Made by a program: the position numbers and the translations under genes
Source: a virus
Taxonomy: Duplodnaviria > Heunggongvirae > Uroviricota > Caudoviricetes
IMG/VR virus record: IMGVR_UViG_3300029469_000071
Reading direction: 5' to 3' (one strand)
Length of the DNA: 9,744 bases
Shown: positions 1-7,181 of the stretch, in pieces
Numbering within the stretch: the stretch's first letter is position 1
Layout: each line of letters begins with the position of its first letter
Notes under the pieces: model-generated
The model's database searches: none
Seen by the model: only the letters and a program-made list of their open reading frames with translations
Told to the model about the DNA's origin: nothing

Positions 1-69
1 CTTGCCGGTGTACATCCAGAACGTCGTTCCCGCACCTTTCGTTTTTGCCAGTGGATTTGGTGTGGTCAT
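1..69 (-). CDS. Major tail protein V-like, N-terminal 23 codons only (gene runs off the left edge)
   Basis: Minus-strand translation from ATG at 67-69 gives MTTPNPLAKTKGAGTTFWMYTGK, which resembles the lambda gpV N-terminus (KGAGTTLW motif, recalled). Perfect AGGAGG Shine-Dalgarno at 72-77 (minus) 5 nt upstream. Position downstream of U matches lambda gene order. Confidence 0.6.
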   Translation of the reverse strand, partial: MTTPNPLAKTKGAGTTFWMYTGK

Positions 70-80
70 TGCCACCTCCT

Positions 81-482
81 TTAATTCGTGTACGTGATCT
101 GGTACGTGATTTCCGCCATCGCCCAGGTGGCCATCTCATTATCACGTTGATAGTTAAAACCGAGAGGGATCAGGGTGTCGATGAGTCCGGAAAGTGCCGG
201 TATATCATTCAGGGCCGGGAAAATGGTGCTCTCCATCCACATATCCAGCTCTGAATCCGGTGCCTGTGCCCGGATGAAGACAGCAATATGCAGAACAGCC
301 TGCCAGTCATCTTCATCCGTCATTTTTCCGGTGTACTGAGCATCACTCAGCCACACCGCCACGGCAGGCAGTTCCTGCGCATCAATAAATGCCGGAAGCC
401 CGTCAAAAAACGTGGCGCTGTCTCCACACTGTTCCCGAAGGCGTGCCAGTACGGCCTGGCGGATTTGTGTATGTCGGTTCAT
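81..482 (-). CDS. Minor tail protein U-like (tail terminator), 133 aa
   Basis: ORF-track protein contains ...ATFFDGLPAFIDAQELPAVAVWLSDAQYTG...DSELDMWMES...DIPALS..., co-linear with lambda gpU (131 aa) as recalled. Start chosen at ATG 480-482, which overlaps the Z stop (TGA 479-481) as ATGA, rather than the ORF-track start at 494. Confidence 0.8.
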   Translation of the reverse strand: MNRHTQIRQAVLARLREQCGDSATFFDGLPAFIDAQELPAVAVWLSDAQYTGKMTDEDDWQAVLHIAVFIRAQAPDSELDMWMESTIFPALNDIPALSGLIDTLIPLGFNYQRDNEMATWAMAEITYQITYTN

Positions 483-1057
483 CGGGTCAGCCATAACCTC
501 AGTTGTTGTTTCAGTGCATACCCCAGCTGTTTCGGCATTTCCGCAGCAATGATGCGGTCGCGGGCATCTTCAAATGTCTGTGTCAGCGGTCCGGACAGCG
601 GGATTTTCACCACATCAATGGGGTAACGATTTTTGCCATCGATACGCCGCATCACATGCCAGCGACCATTCGCCAGTTGCTGAATAAACGCATCCCGGAA
701 AAGATATTTACCCACCTTCAGCACACTGCCACGGTACTGCAGTTTTCCACCACGCCGGGCCAGTCTGACCCGGGCTGTCCCCAGCTTAATGGCAGGCAGA
801 TTGCCCCGGTTAACGCGGATCCTGGCCGTCATTTTTCCTGACGGACTGGCTTTAAACACCCGGACACGCTGACGTACCAGTTTCAGGGGGATCCCTTTCA
901 CCTGGTTATCTCCCGCAACGGTATTCCCGGCAACCTGCCGGGTGGCAACCGAGACCGCTTTCTGTGCCACACGGTTTATCGCCCATGCGCTGGCCTGTGG
1001 CACCATACGGGTATCAAGGCTGTTCAGATTGCGGATGGCATTCTCAAGCCCCTTCAT
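479..1057 (-). CDS. Minor tail protein Z-like, 192 aa
   Basis: Same length as lambda gpZ (192 aa) with co-linear similarity (MKGLENAIRNL..., ...NGRWHVMRRIDGKNRYPIDVVKIP..., ...LGYALKQQLR...). GAGGTG Shine-Dalgarno upstream of ATG 1055-1057. Confidence 0.85.
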   Translation of the reverse strand: MKGLENAIRNLNSLDTRMVPQASAWAINRVAQKAVSVATRQVAGNTVAGDNQVKGIPLKLVRQRVRVFKASPSGKMTARIRVNRGNLPAIKLGTARVRLARRGGKLQYRGSVLKVGKYLFRDAFIQQLANGRWHVMRRIDGKNRYPIDVVKIPLSGPLTQTFEDARDRIIAAEMPKQLGYALKQQLRLWLTR

Positions 1058-1068
1058 CCCACACCTCT

Positions 1069-1344
1069 TTACTCAATAAAGATCATTGGCTTACCGTTAA
1101 AGCGTTCATGCCGTGTGACCGTCCATTGTTGTCCGTCATAAACAACGCGATCCCCGCGCCGTGGGCGGTATCCCGAAGAAAACACCACCAGAGAGACCGC
1201 AGGTCCGGACAGAGCATTCAGCTCTGCCAGTGTTTCTCCCGGGATCACAGTCATATCGACATCATTAATCGAGGCTGTCTTTCCCATCTTTCTGACCGTG
1301 ATCGCATCCATACGCGCTGCCAGCCGGGAAAAGGGATCAGACAT
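1069..1344 (-). CDS. Head-tail joining protein, FII-like, 91 aa
   Basis: Sits between the head genes and Z as in lambda; N-terminus MSDPFSRLAARMDAITVRKMG resembles lambda FII MADFDNLFDAAIARADETIRGYMG (recalled). Start overlaps the stop of the upstream gene (1337-1344). Confidence 0.6.
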   Translation of the reverse strand: MSDPFSRLAARMDAITVRKMGKTASINDVDMTVIPGETLAELNALSGPAVSLVVFSSGYRPRRGDRVVYDGQQWTVTRHERFNGKPMIFIE

Positions 1345-1660
1345 TGAGTTTTACCGGCACTTCTTCTGCACTGGTTCCGGCATCTGCCCAGACAACCCCG
1401 ACCAGCGGATCAGAGCCGCTGTTAGTCAGCTGAACTTTTCCGGACTTCAGATAAACCTTCTTACCCGTTTTCATGTCATCCGTTTTCAGCTTAGGCAGCA
1501 TAAACACACCTTCGGTCATGCCGTCGCCTGTTTCACCCTGTGGAATATCGGTCAGCGCCACCGCAAAAACATCGCCCACCTGCACCAGATCTCCGCTGCT
1601 GATGGCTGCACTGGCAACAATCGCCACCGTTTTTCCTTCTTCTACAAAATTCTTTGCCAT
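1337..1660 (-). CDS. Small head-associated protein, 107 aa (DUF2190-like, possible decoration/cement protein; function uncertain)
   Basis: Start set at the internal ATG 1658-1660 (MAKNFVEEGKT...), which has a GGAG Shine-Dalgarno 6 nt upstream; the ORF-track start at 1705 lies inside hairpins. Glycine- and valine-rich, beta-type composition; sits immediately after the capsid gene. Family assignment is from memory only. Confidence 0.5.
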   Translation of the reverse strand: MAKNFVEEGKTVAIVASAAISSGDLVQVGDVFAVALTDIPQGETGDGMTEGVFMLPKLKTDDMKTGKKVYLKSGKVQLTNSGSDPLVGVVWADAGTSAEEVPVKLNV

Positions 1661-1703
1661 AACTGTCTCCGCACAGCCCCGTTCAGGGGCTGATTTCAGG
1701 TAC

Positions 1704-1723
1704 AAAAAAAGCCCTTACGGGCC
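1704..1723 (-). terminator. Candidate rho-independent terminator or attenuator just downstream of the capsid gene
   Basis: On the minus strand: GCCC-GUAA-GGGC hairpin (GNRA tetraloop, plus 1711-1722) followed by a 7-U run (plus A-run 1704-1710), between the capsid stop (1747) and the next gene start (1660). Confidence 0.4.
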
Positions 1724-1746
1724 ATCAGAGTTGTTGTCTGCGACGT

Positions 1747-3705
1747 TTACGCCGTACATTTCACCAGACCGCGGTGATCAACTGGCGCGACACCGGCGTC
1801 AATACGCACTTTCGTTGTCACGCCATCCACACTGAAGCCCTCCATCTGATCAATATATGGCGTATCCACACCGTTGAGATAAGCCACTTCAATCGTATCG
1901 GAGCCTTTTGACGCAGCCAGGTAGAAGGTGGTCTGGCTGTTATCATCAAGACGAGGCTCTGCAATAACGGTCGCAAAATCTTTCACCGGGTTAATAATAC
2001 CGGCGTTAATGTCAGCCCCCTTGACACTTGAGGAGCGAATGACCTGGTTAGCAACAGACTCCATCGCCGTCGGTACCAGTACGAACGCAGGACGAATATT
2101 CAGATGACGCTCCCCCTCTTTCTGAACGCGCATCAACTGGCGGGCTTTATCCAGCGATGCCACGTCCATTGCAGCGCTCTCCAGTACGTTTGCATGTTTC
2201 GCTTTATCGAACAGACTTACATTATCTGTGGAGATTTTCGGGTTAGACGTCAGAATGGCATAAACCAGATCGGCAATAGTGGATTTCGCCGCACGGCCCA
2301 GTTTCATCGGGACATCGGTCAGCATATTCAGATCATCATTGATAATGGCCTGACGGGTGATACTGAACAGCTCGCCATAGGTCGCCAGTGCAATAGTGGC
2401 CTGTTTATCTCCGGTGGTGACGTATTTATATTCCGCCCCTTCACGCACCTGACGCAGAGCACTGAAGCCCCCCATACCCACACGATGGGCAATTTTAAAA
2501 TCAGACAACTGACCTTTCCGCGTCCACTGTTCATAGGTTTCAGGGGCATCTTCCCAGCCCTGCAGAATGGCTTTGTTCGCAACATCCAGCAGAATATTAC
2601 CGAAGTCAGACGTACTGTGTGTGAACGCCGCACCGACCATCTGCATCGGGTTATAACTGGAAACACCAATACCACGTTCAGTCAGTGACATACGGGCATA
2701 TTCACGCAGGGTCATCCCGTTGTAGACATTATCACGTTCGGTTTTTTCAAATCCGGCACGCGCCATCAGCGCCTGGCGGATCCCGTCCCCCACAAAATTA
2801 CCGTTACCGGCATAAATATGAGCCGGGGTATTTTTATTGGATGGCGTGGACTCGCGCCCCATCTCGTTCAACAGCTTTTCGCGGGCCTGCTCCAGCGAAC
2901 ATTCAGGATCGGCAAGACACTGAGCCTGCAGCGTCTGATAACGCCCGCCAAACATGGCAAACAGATCATTAATACCGTTTACACGCGCTTTTTGCTCTGC
3001 CAGTACCTGCGCACGGATACTGTTTTCATCCACCACGGGTGCTGCTGCCTGCACTGGCGTCCGGGAGGCTTCAGATTCATTATCCTGTACGCGTGGAGCA
3101 CTGTTGCGTGGCGGAGTAATCATGTTTCGAATGGATTCCGGCATCTTTTTAAATTCCTCTGTACGTTTTGACTGAATACATGCCATTGCCTTAACGGCTG
3201 GCGTTACCTGATCAGCAAATCCATGTGCCAGACATTCGGCACCGGACATCCAGGTCTCATCCGCCAGCATGGCAGCAATTTCATCGGTGGTTTTCCCGGT
3301 TTTCTGTGCATAAGCGGGTAACAGAACCGCCTCAACCTTATCGAGCAGGTCGGCATAGGTGCGCATGTCCTCCGCATCACCGCCCGTAAAGCCAAATGGT
3401 TTATGAATCATCATGAAGGTGTTTTCCGGCATAATGACCGGGTTTCCCACCATCGCAATGACCGACGCCATTGACGCCGCCACACCGTCGACATAAACGG
3501 TAATGGACGCACCATGTGTTTTCAGCGCATTAAAAATGGCGATGCCTTCAAAGACATCGCCACCCGGTGAATTAATATGGAGATTAATGTGGGTGATATC
3601 GCCCAGTGCATTCAGATCACTGATAAACTGCTTCGCTGTAACACCCCAGAAACCAATCTCGTCATAAATATAAATATCCGCGTCACTCTGGTGACCAGCC
3701 TGCAT
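1747..3705 (-). CDS. Prohead protease (ClpP/S49-like) fused to HK97-fold major capsid protein, 652 aa
   Basis: N-terminal part has a ClpP-like peptidase signature (ADIYIYDEIGFWGV...INLHINSPGGDVFEGIAIFNALK...VDGVAASMASVIAMVG). C-terminal ~320 aa is capsid-like. Start set at ATG 3703-3705 (MQAGHQSDADIYIYDEIG), 14 nt after the portal stop (TAA 3719-3721); the ORF-track start at 3966 would overlap 250 nt of the portal frame. Confidence 0.75.
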   Translation of the reverse strand: MQAGHQSDADIYIYDEIGFWGVTAKQFISDLNALGDITHINLHINSPGGDVFEGIAIFNALKTHGASITVYVDGVAASMASVIAMVGNPVIMPENTFMMIHKPFGFTGGDAEDMRTYADLLDKVEAVLLPAYAQKTGKTTDEIAAMLADETWMSGAECLAHGFADQVTPAVKAMACIQSKRTEEFKKMPESIRNMITPPRNSAPRVQDNESEASRTPVQAAAPVVDENSIRAQVLAEQKARVNGINDLFAMFGGRYQTLQAQCLADPECSLEQAREKLLNEMGRESTPSNKNTPAHIYAGNGNFVGDGIRQALMARAGFEKTERDNVYNGMTLREYARMSLTERGIGVSSYNPMQMVGAAFTHSTSDFGNILLDVANKAILQGWEDAPETYEQWTRKGQLSDFKIAHRVGMGGFSALRQVREGAEYKYVTTGDKQATIALATYGELFSITRQAIINDDLNMLTDVPMKLGRAAKSTIADLVYAILTSNPKISTDNVSLFDKAKHANVLESAAMDVASLDKARQLMRVQKEGERHLNIRPAFVLVPTAMESVANQVIRSSSVKGADINAGIINPVKDFATVIAEPRLDDNSQTTFYLAASKGSDTIEVAYLNGVDTPYIDQMEGFSVDGVTTKVRIDAGVAPVDHRGLVKCTA

Positions 3706-3718
3706 CCTGAACCAGGAA

Positions 3719-4201
3719 TTATTCTTCGGACTGGTCGTCGGTGTGCTGCGGCTCCTGTCGTTTCGTTGCGGCACTGCTGCCTCCTTTATCACTGGCCGGA
3801 TCGGTATCAAATACCAGATCCAGCTTGCGGTTTTCATCAATTTCGGCCTTGCGCCGACGTTTGACATCATCCGGATTACGACCACCAGCACGTACCCAGT
3901 CTGATTCTGTCGCCGCTCCACCACGAATCTGGATTTTCCAGGCCTCAGCCTCCTTAACAGGGTCAATCCACGGCATCACTGGTCCGGAATACACCGCGGT
4001 ATACAGTGAAGAACGGTCAAGATCGCGGGGTAGCCTGATAACACCGGATGCCACAGCCTGTTTCAGCCAGGCACGATACATCGGGCGGGTGACGGCACCA
4101 ATAAACCAGTCCTGCAGGATCAGGTAGCCATCAGTAGACTCAACCAGTTCCTGACGCTGGGCGCTGTACCTTCTGCCCGTAAGGTGAATGGTAAGGCGCT
4201 T
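3719..4201 (-). pseudogene. Portal protein (lambda gpB family), C-terminal ~160 codons only; 5'-truncated
   Basis: Minus-frame translation ...[20 protein letters not shown]...IDPVKEAEA... matches the recalled lambda gpB C-terminal region (...MFLCWLEEAIVRRVVTLP...IDGLKEVQEA...). The frame is open only to 4201 (in-frame stop at 4202-4204), whereas intact portals are 400-530 aa. Confidence 0.6.
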
Positions 4202-5368
4202 TCAGCGGATATAACACTGACGCCGAAAGATATTGGTACGCTTAACTCAACAACAATGTCATTCAGCGGTGGTGCTGGTTGGTTCAAATTAGCAACGGTA
4301 ACCATGCCACAGGCGAGTTCTGTTGTTTCAATTACGTTGATTGGTGGCGCGGGATTTAACGTGGGGTCACCTCAACAGGCAGGTATATCTGAACTTGTTT
4401 TGCGTGCAGGTAATGGTAATCCGAAGGGGATTACTGGTGCTTTATGGCAGCGCACATCGACAGGGTTTACAAATTTTGCCTGGGTCAATACATCTGGTGA
4501 TACTTACGATATTTACGTTGCAATCGGAAATTATGCGACTGGTGTAAATATTCAATGGGATTATACCAGTAATGCCAGCGTAACGATTCATACGTCACCA
4601 GCATATTCTGCTAATAAGCCGGAAGGGTTAACGGACGGTACAGTTTATTCACTCTATACGCCATCAGAGCAGTTTTATCCGCCTGGCGCACCAATCCCGT
4701 GGCCATCAGATACCGTTCCGTCTGGTTATGCCCTGATGCAGGGGCAGACTTTTGACAAATCTGCCTACCCGAAACTTGCAGCCGCTTATCCGTCAGGCGT
4801 GATCCCTGATATGCGTGGCTGGACGATTAAGGGCAAACCCGCCAGTGGTCGTGCCGTATTGTCTCAGGAACAGGACGGCATTAAATCGCACACCCACAGC
4901 GCCAGCGCATCCAGTACGGATTTGGGGACGAAAAACACATCGTCGTTTGATTACGGAACCAAATCCACGAATAACACCGGGGCGCATACCCATAGTATTA
5001 GCGGGACTGCAAATAGTGCCGGTGCGCACCAACACAAGAGTTCCGGTGCATTTGGTGGCACGAACACGAGCATTTTCCCTAATGGTTATACCGCGATTTC
5101 AAATCTAAGCGCGGGGATTATGAGCACAACAAGCGGTAGTGGCCAGACTCGTAATGCAGGGAAGACATCATCAGATGGTGCTCATACCCACTCGCTGTCC
5201 GGCACTGCTGCAAGCGCAGGCGCACATGCACATACTGTCAGTATTGGTGCTCATACGCACTCCGTTGCGATTGGTTCACATGGACACACCATCACCGTTA
5301 ACGCTGCTGGTAACGCGGAAAACACCGTCAAAAACATCGCATTTAACTATATTGTGAGGCTTGCATAA
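4184..5368 (+). CDS. stfQ: Side tail fibre protein, C-terminal receptor-binding fragment (5'-truncated), 394 aa as read from a GTG
   Basis: Tail-collar-like motif ([36 protein letters not shown]) followed by repeated GAHTHS / GAHAHT / GSHGHT His-rich motifs typical of Stf and T4 gp37-like fibre tips. The ORF opens with GTG, has no convincing RBS or promoter, and abuts the portal fragment. Symbol is from recalled K-12 Qin synteny. Confidence 0.7.
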   Translation: MNGKALSADITLTPKDIGTLNSTTMSFSGGAGWFKLATVTMPQASSVVSITLIGGAGFNVGSPQQAGISELVLRAGNGNPKGITGALWQRTSTGFTNFAWVNTSGDTYDIYVAIGNYATGVNIQWDYTSNASVTIHTSPAYSANKPEGLTDGTVYSLYTPSEQFYPPGAPIPWPSDTVPSGYALMQGQTFDKSAYPKLAAAYPSGVIPDMRGWTIKGKPASGRAVLSQEQDGIKSHTHSASASSTDLGTKNTSSFDYGTKSTNNTGAHTHSISGTANSAGAHQHKSSGAFGGTNTSIFPNGYTAISNLSAGIMSTTSGSGQTRNAGKTSSDGAHTHSLSGTAASAGAHAHTVSIGAHTHSVAIGSHGHTITVNAAGNAENTVKNIAFNYIVRLA

Positions 5369-5943
5369 TGGCATTCAGAATGAGTGAACAACCACGGACC
5401 ATAAAAATTTATAATCTGCTGGCCGGAACTAATGAATTTATTGGTGAAGGTGACGCATATATTCCGCCTCATACAGGTCTGCCAGCAAACAGTACCGATA
5501 TTGCACCGCCAGATATTCCGGCAGGCTTCGTGGCTGTTTTCAACAGTGATGAGGCATCGTGGCATCTCGTTGAAGATCATCGGGGTAAAACGGTTTATGA
5601 CGTGGCTTCCGGCGACGCGTTATTTATTTCTGAACTCGGTCCGTTACCGGAAAATGTTACCTGGTTATCGCCGGAAGGGGAGTTTCAGAAGTGGAACGGC
5701 ACAGCCTGGGTGAAGGATACGGAAGCAGAAAAACTGTTCCGGATCCGGGAGGCGGAAGAAACAAAAAACAACCTGATGCAGGTAGCCAGTGAGCATATTG
5801 CGCCGCTTCAGGATGCTGCAGATCTGGAAATTGCAACGGAGGAAGAAATCTCGTTGCTGGAAGCATGGAAAAAGTATCGGGTATTGCTGAACCGTGTTGA
5901 TACGTCAACTGCACAGGATATTGAATGGCCAGCACTGCCGTAG
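5368..5943 (+). CDS. tfaQ: Tail fibre assembly protein (Tfa chaperone), 191 aa
   Basis: Directly follows the tail fibre gene with a TAATG stop/start overlap (5366-5370). Length and sequence ([79 protein letters not shown]...) match the lambdoid Tfa family as recalled. Confidence 0.85.
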   Translation: MAFRMSEQPRTIKIYNLLAGTNEFIGEGDAYIPPHTGLPANSTDIAPPDIPAGFVAVFNSDEASWHLVEDHRGKTVYDVASGDALFISELGPLPENVTWLSPEGEFQKWNGTAWVKDTEAEKLFRIREAEETKNNLMQVASEHIAPLQDAADLEIATEEEISLLEAWKKYRVLLNRVDTSTAQDIEWPALP

Positions 5944-6040
5944 GGTAAAACATATAAATTCTATAATTAGATGTATCTTTCCATTTACGGCAAGGAAGGG
6001 GGCTTGGAACACGTAAAGCATCTCACACCGAGATTATTTT

Positions 6041-6631
6041 TTATATGTCAGGTGTCTGAAGTTTTGCTTTGGCTCTTAAAATGGTTTGCCGCGAGGTTTT
6101 GAATTCCCGGGCAATGGCACTTATACTTACACCTGACTTAATTCGTTCGAATACCACCTGTTTCTGTTCTTCATTTAACACAGGTGGTCGACCAAAACGT
6201 TTCCCTGCGCCGCGGGCTCTTACTATCCCGGAATGAGTGCGTTCAAGTAAAAGGTCTCGTTCAAATTCAGCGACTGCTGAAATTACTTGCATCATCATTT
6301 TTCCTGTTGGACTGGTCAGGTCAATGCCACCCAATGCTAAGCAATGCACTCTGATACCTGTTTCGGTCAGTTGTTCCACTGTTTTCCTGATATCCATTGC
6401 ATTACAACCAAGGCGATCCAGTTTTGTCACAATCAATTGATCACCACATTTCAGGCGAGCAAGCAACCGGTTAAAACCAGGACGCTCACTGGTTGCTGCT
6501 GAGCCGCTAATGTGTTCTTCGATTATTTGCTGAGGTTTGATTTTAAAACCTGCACTTTCGATTTCCCGGCGTTGATTTTCGGTGGTCTGATCCAGCGTTG
6601 ATATCCGACAGTAAGCAAAAATTCGAGACAT
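6041..6631 (-). CDS. pinQ: Serine recombinase of the DNA-invertase type (Pin family), 196 aa
   Basis: N-terminal resolvase/invertase catalytic domain with the conserved serine in YCRISTLDQ, the [11 protein letters not shown] motif, and a C-terminal helix-turn-helix ([22 protein letters not shown]). Convergent with tfa, as recalled for pinR/pinQ in K-12 Rac/Qin. Choosing Q over R rests only on the neighbouring ydfK/ydfJ/ydfI. Confidence 0.85.
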
Positions 6632-6947
6632 AGTGAGACTCTATACGAAATTGGTGTTCATATCATAATGCATCTCAGAAAATAATTATGATTATTTTTG
6701 TGCATATTTGTATGTACACGTTCGAAAATAAACGAATGCGTATGCAACCCCGTAATTTTGGTGAGACCCAAAATCGATTTTGTGAAAAATGGCTTTAACT
6801 CGGTTTGTTTTTCGAGTTCCGGGCGGACTCAAGGAAGAAGAATAGTGTTGCGTGTTATTTTAACCAGATTTCAAGTTGTTTGGTCGTGGAAAAGTGGAGC
6901 AAAATGTTGTTAAAGTGGAAAAATGATAAAAAAGTAAGTTTATTATA

Positions 6948-7181
6948 TTACATTTTACCATTTAAATTTTGGTTGTCTTTAAGAACTGATATCGCTGTTT
7001 GTAATAATTCTTTGTTATCCAGCCATGATTTTTTCTTTATGTTTCCTTCAATGTAATCAAGCAATGTTCTGGTATTGATAGGTCTTCCCTGTTTTGCTAC
7101 TTCCACTACAGCATCCCCTAGGATAATTCTTACTTCAGGAAGCTGCGCAGGGAACCACTTTAGGGTGTCTTTTGATTTCAT
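6948..7181 (-). CDS. ydfK: Small prophage-borne cold-shock-induced protein YdfK/YnaE family, 77 aa
   Basis: Start set at ATG 7179-7181 (MKSKDTLKWFPAQ...), which has an AAGGAA Shine-Dalgarno 8 nt upstream; the ORF-track start at 7214 adds 11 residues with no RBS. Sits between pin and ydfJ. Identity and the cold-shock annotation are recalled, not verified. Confidence 0.7.
   Translation of the reverse strand: MKSKDTLKWFPAQLPEVRIILGDAVVEVAKQGRPINTRTLLDYIEGNIKKKSWLDNKELLQTAISVLKDNQNLNGKM

Noticed and set aside
149-164. GATAGTTAAAACCGAG, resembling one half of a Hin/Gin-type crossover site
   Set aside because: Only one half-site; the partner half (GGTTT..GATAA) is absent and it lies inside the U gene. 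Likely chance.
45-1835. Plus-strand ORFs 45-254, 288-626, 503-841, 964-1347, 1298-1693 and 1473-1835
   Set aside because: All lie antisense to the well-supported minus-strand Z/U/FII/head genes and have no family resemblance or ribosome-binding sites; they look like shadow ORFs from GC-rich coding sequence.
2104-3864. ORFs inside or antisense to the protease-capsid gene (2104-2688 +, 2328-2675 -, 2685-2972 +, 2818-3171 +, 2954-3175 +, 3204-3395 -, 3577-3864 +)
   Set aside because: Nested in or opposite a long conserved coding frame; composition is typical of out-of-frame translation (Arg/Cys/Trp-rich).
4110-4119. Perfect 10-bp palindrome TCCTGCAGGA close to the rearrangement breakpoint
   Set aside because: A 10-bp palindrome is expected by chance several times in 10 kb; the flanks do not extend the symmetry and it does not resemble a recombinase site.
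3741-4305. ORFs 3741-4127 (+) and 4120-4305 (-) at the portal/tail-fibre junction
   Set aside because: They overlap the portal fragment or the tail-fibre frame in alternative frames, with no homology signal and no RBS.
5585-5600. GTAAAACGGTTTATGA, a near-palindrome with AAAAC/GTTTA arms resembling a crossover-site core
   Set aside because: Arm spacing does not fit the 12-2-12 architecture, the flanks do not match the consensus, and no inverted partner was found. It lies inside tfa.
4341-5953. Internal and antisense ORFs within stf and tfa (4341-4547, 4793-5035, 4815-5108, 5139-5357, 5347-5580, 5432-5713, 5657-5953)
   Set aside because: Shadow ORFs of the tail fibre and tfa reading frames.
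5975-6000. Weak inverted similarity between the tfa-pin spacer (CTTTCCATTTACGGCAAGGAAGGG) and the breakpoint region (4171-4200), considered as a candidate crossover-site pair
   Set aside because: The alignment needs several gaps and shares only short words (GCC-GTAA, ATGG); it is not convincing without a proper scored search.
6019-6042. Possible weak bidirectional terminator between convergent tfa and pin (ATCTC-ACACC-GAGAT followed by a T-run)
   Set aside because: The stem is only 5 bp with two G-C pairs and the T-run overlaps the pin stop codon; too weak to call.
6237-7056. ORFs 6237-6440 (+), 6698-6913 (+) and 6805-7056 (+)
   Set aside because: The first is antisense inside pin. The other two are low-complexity translations of AT-rich intergenic DNA or antisense to ydfK, with no RBS.
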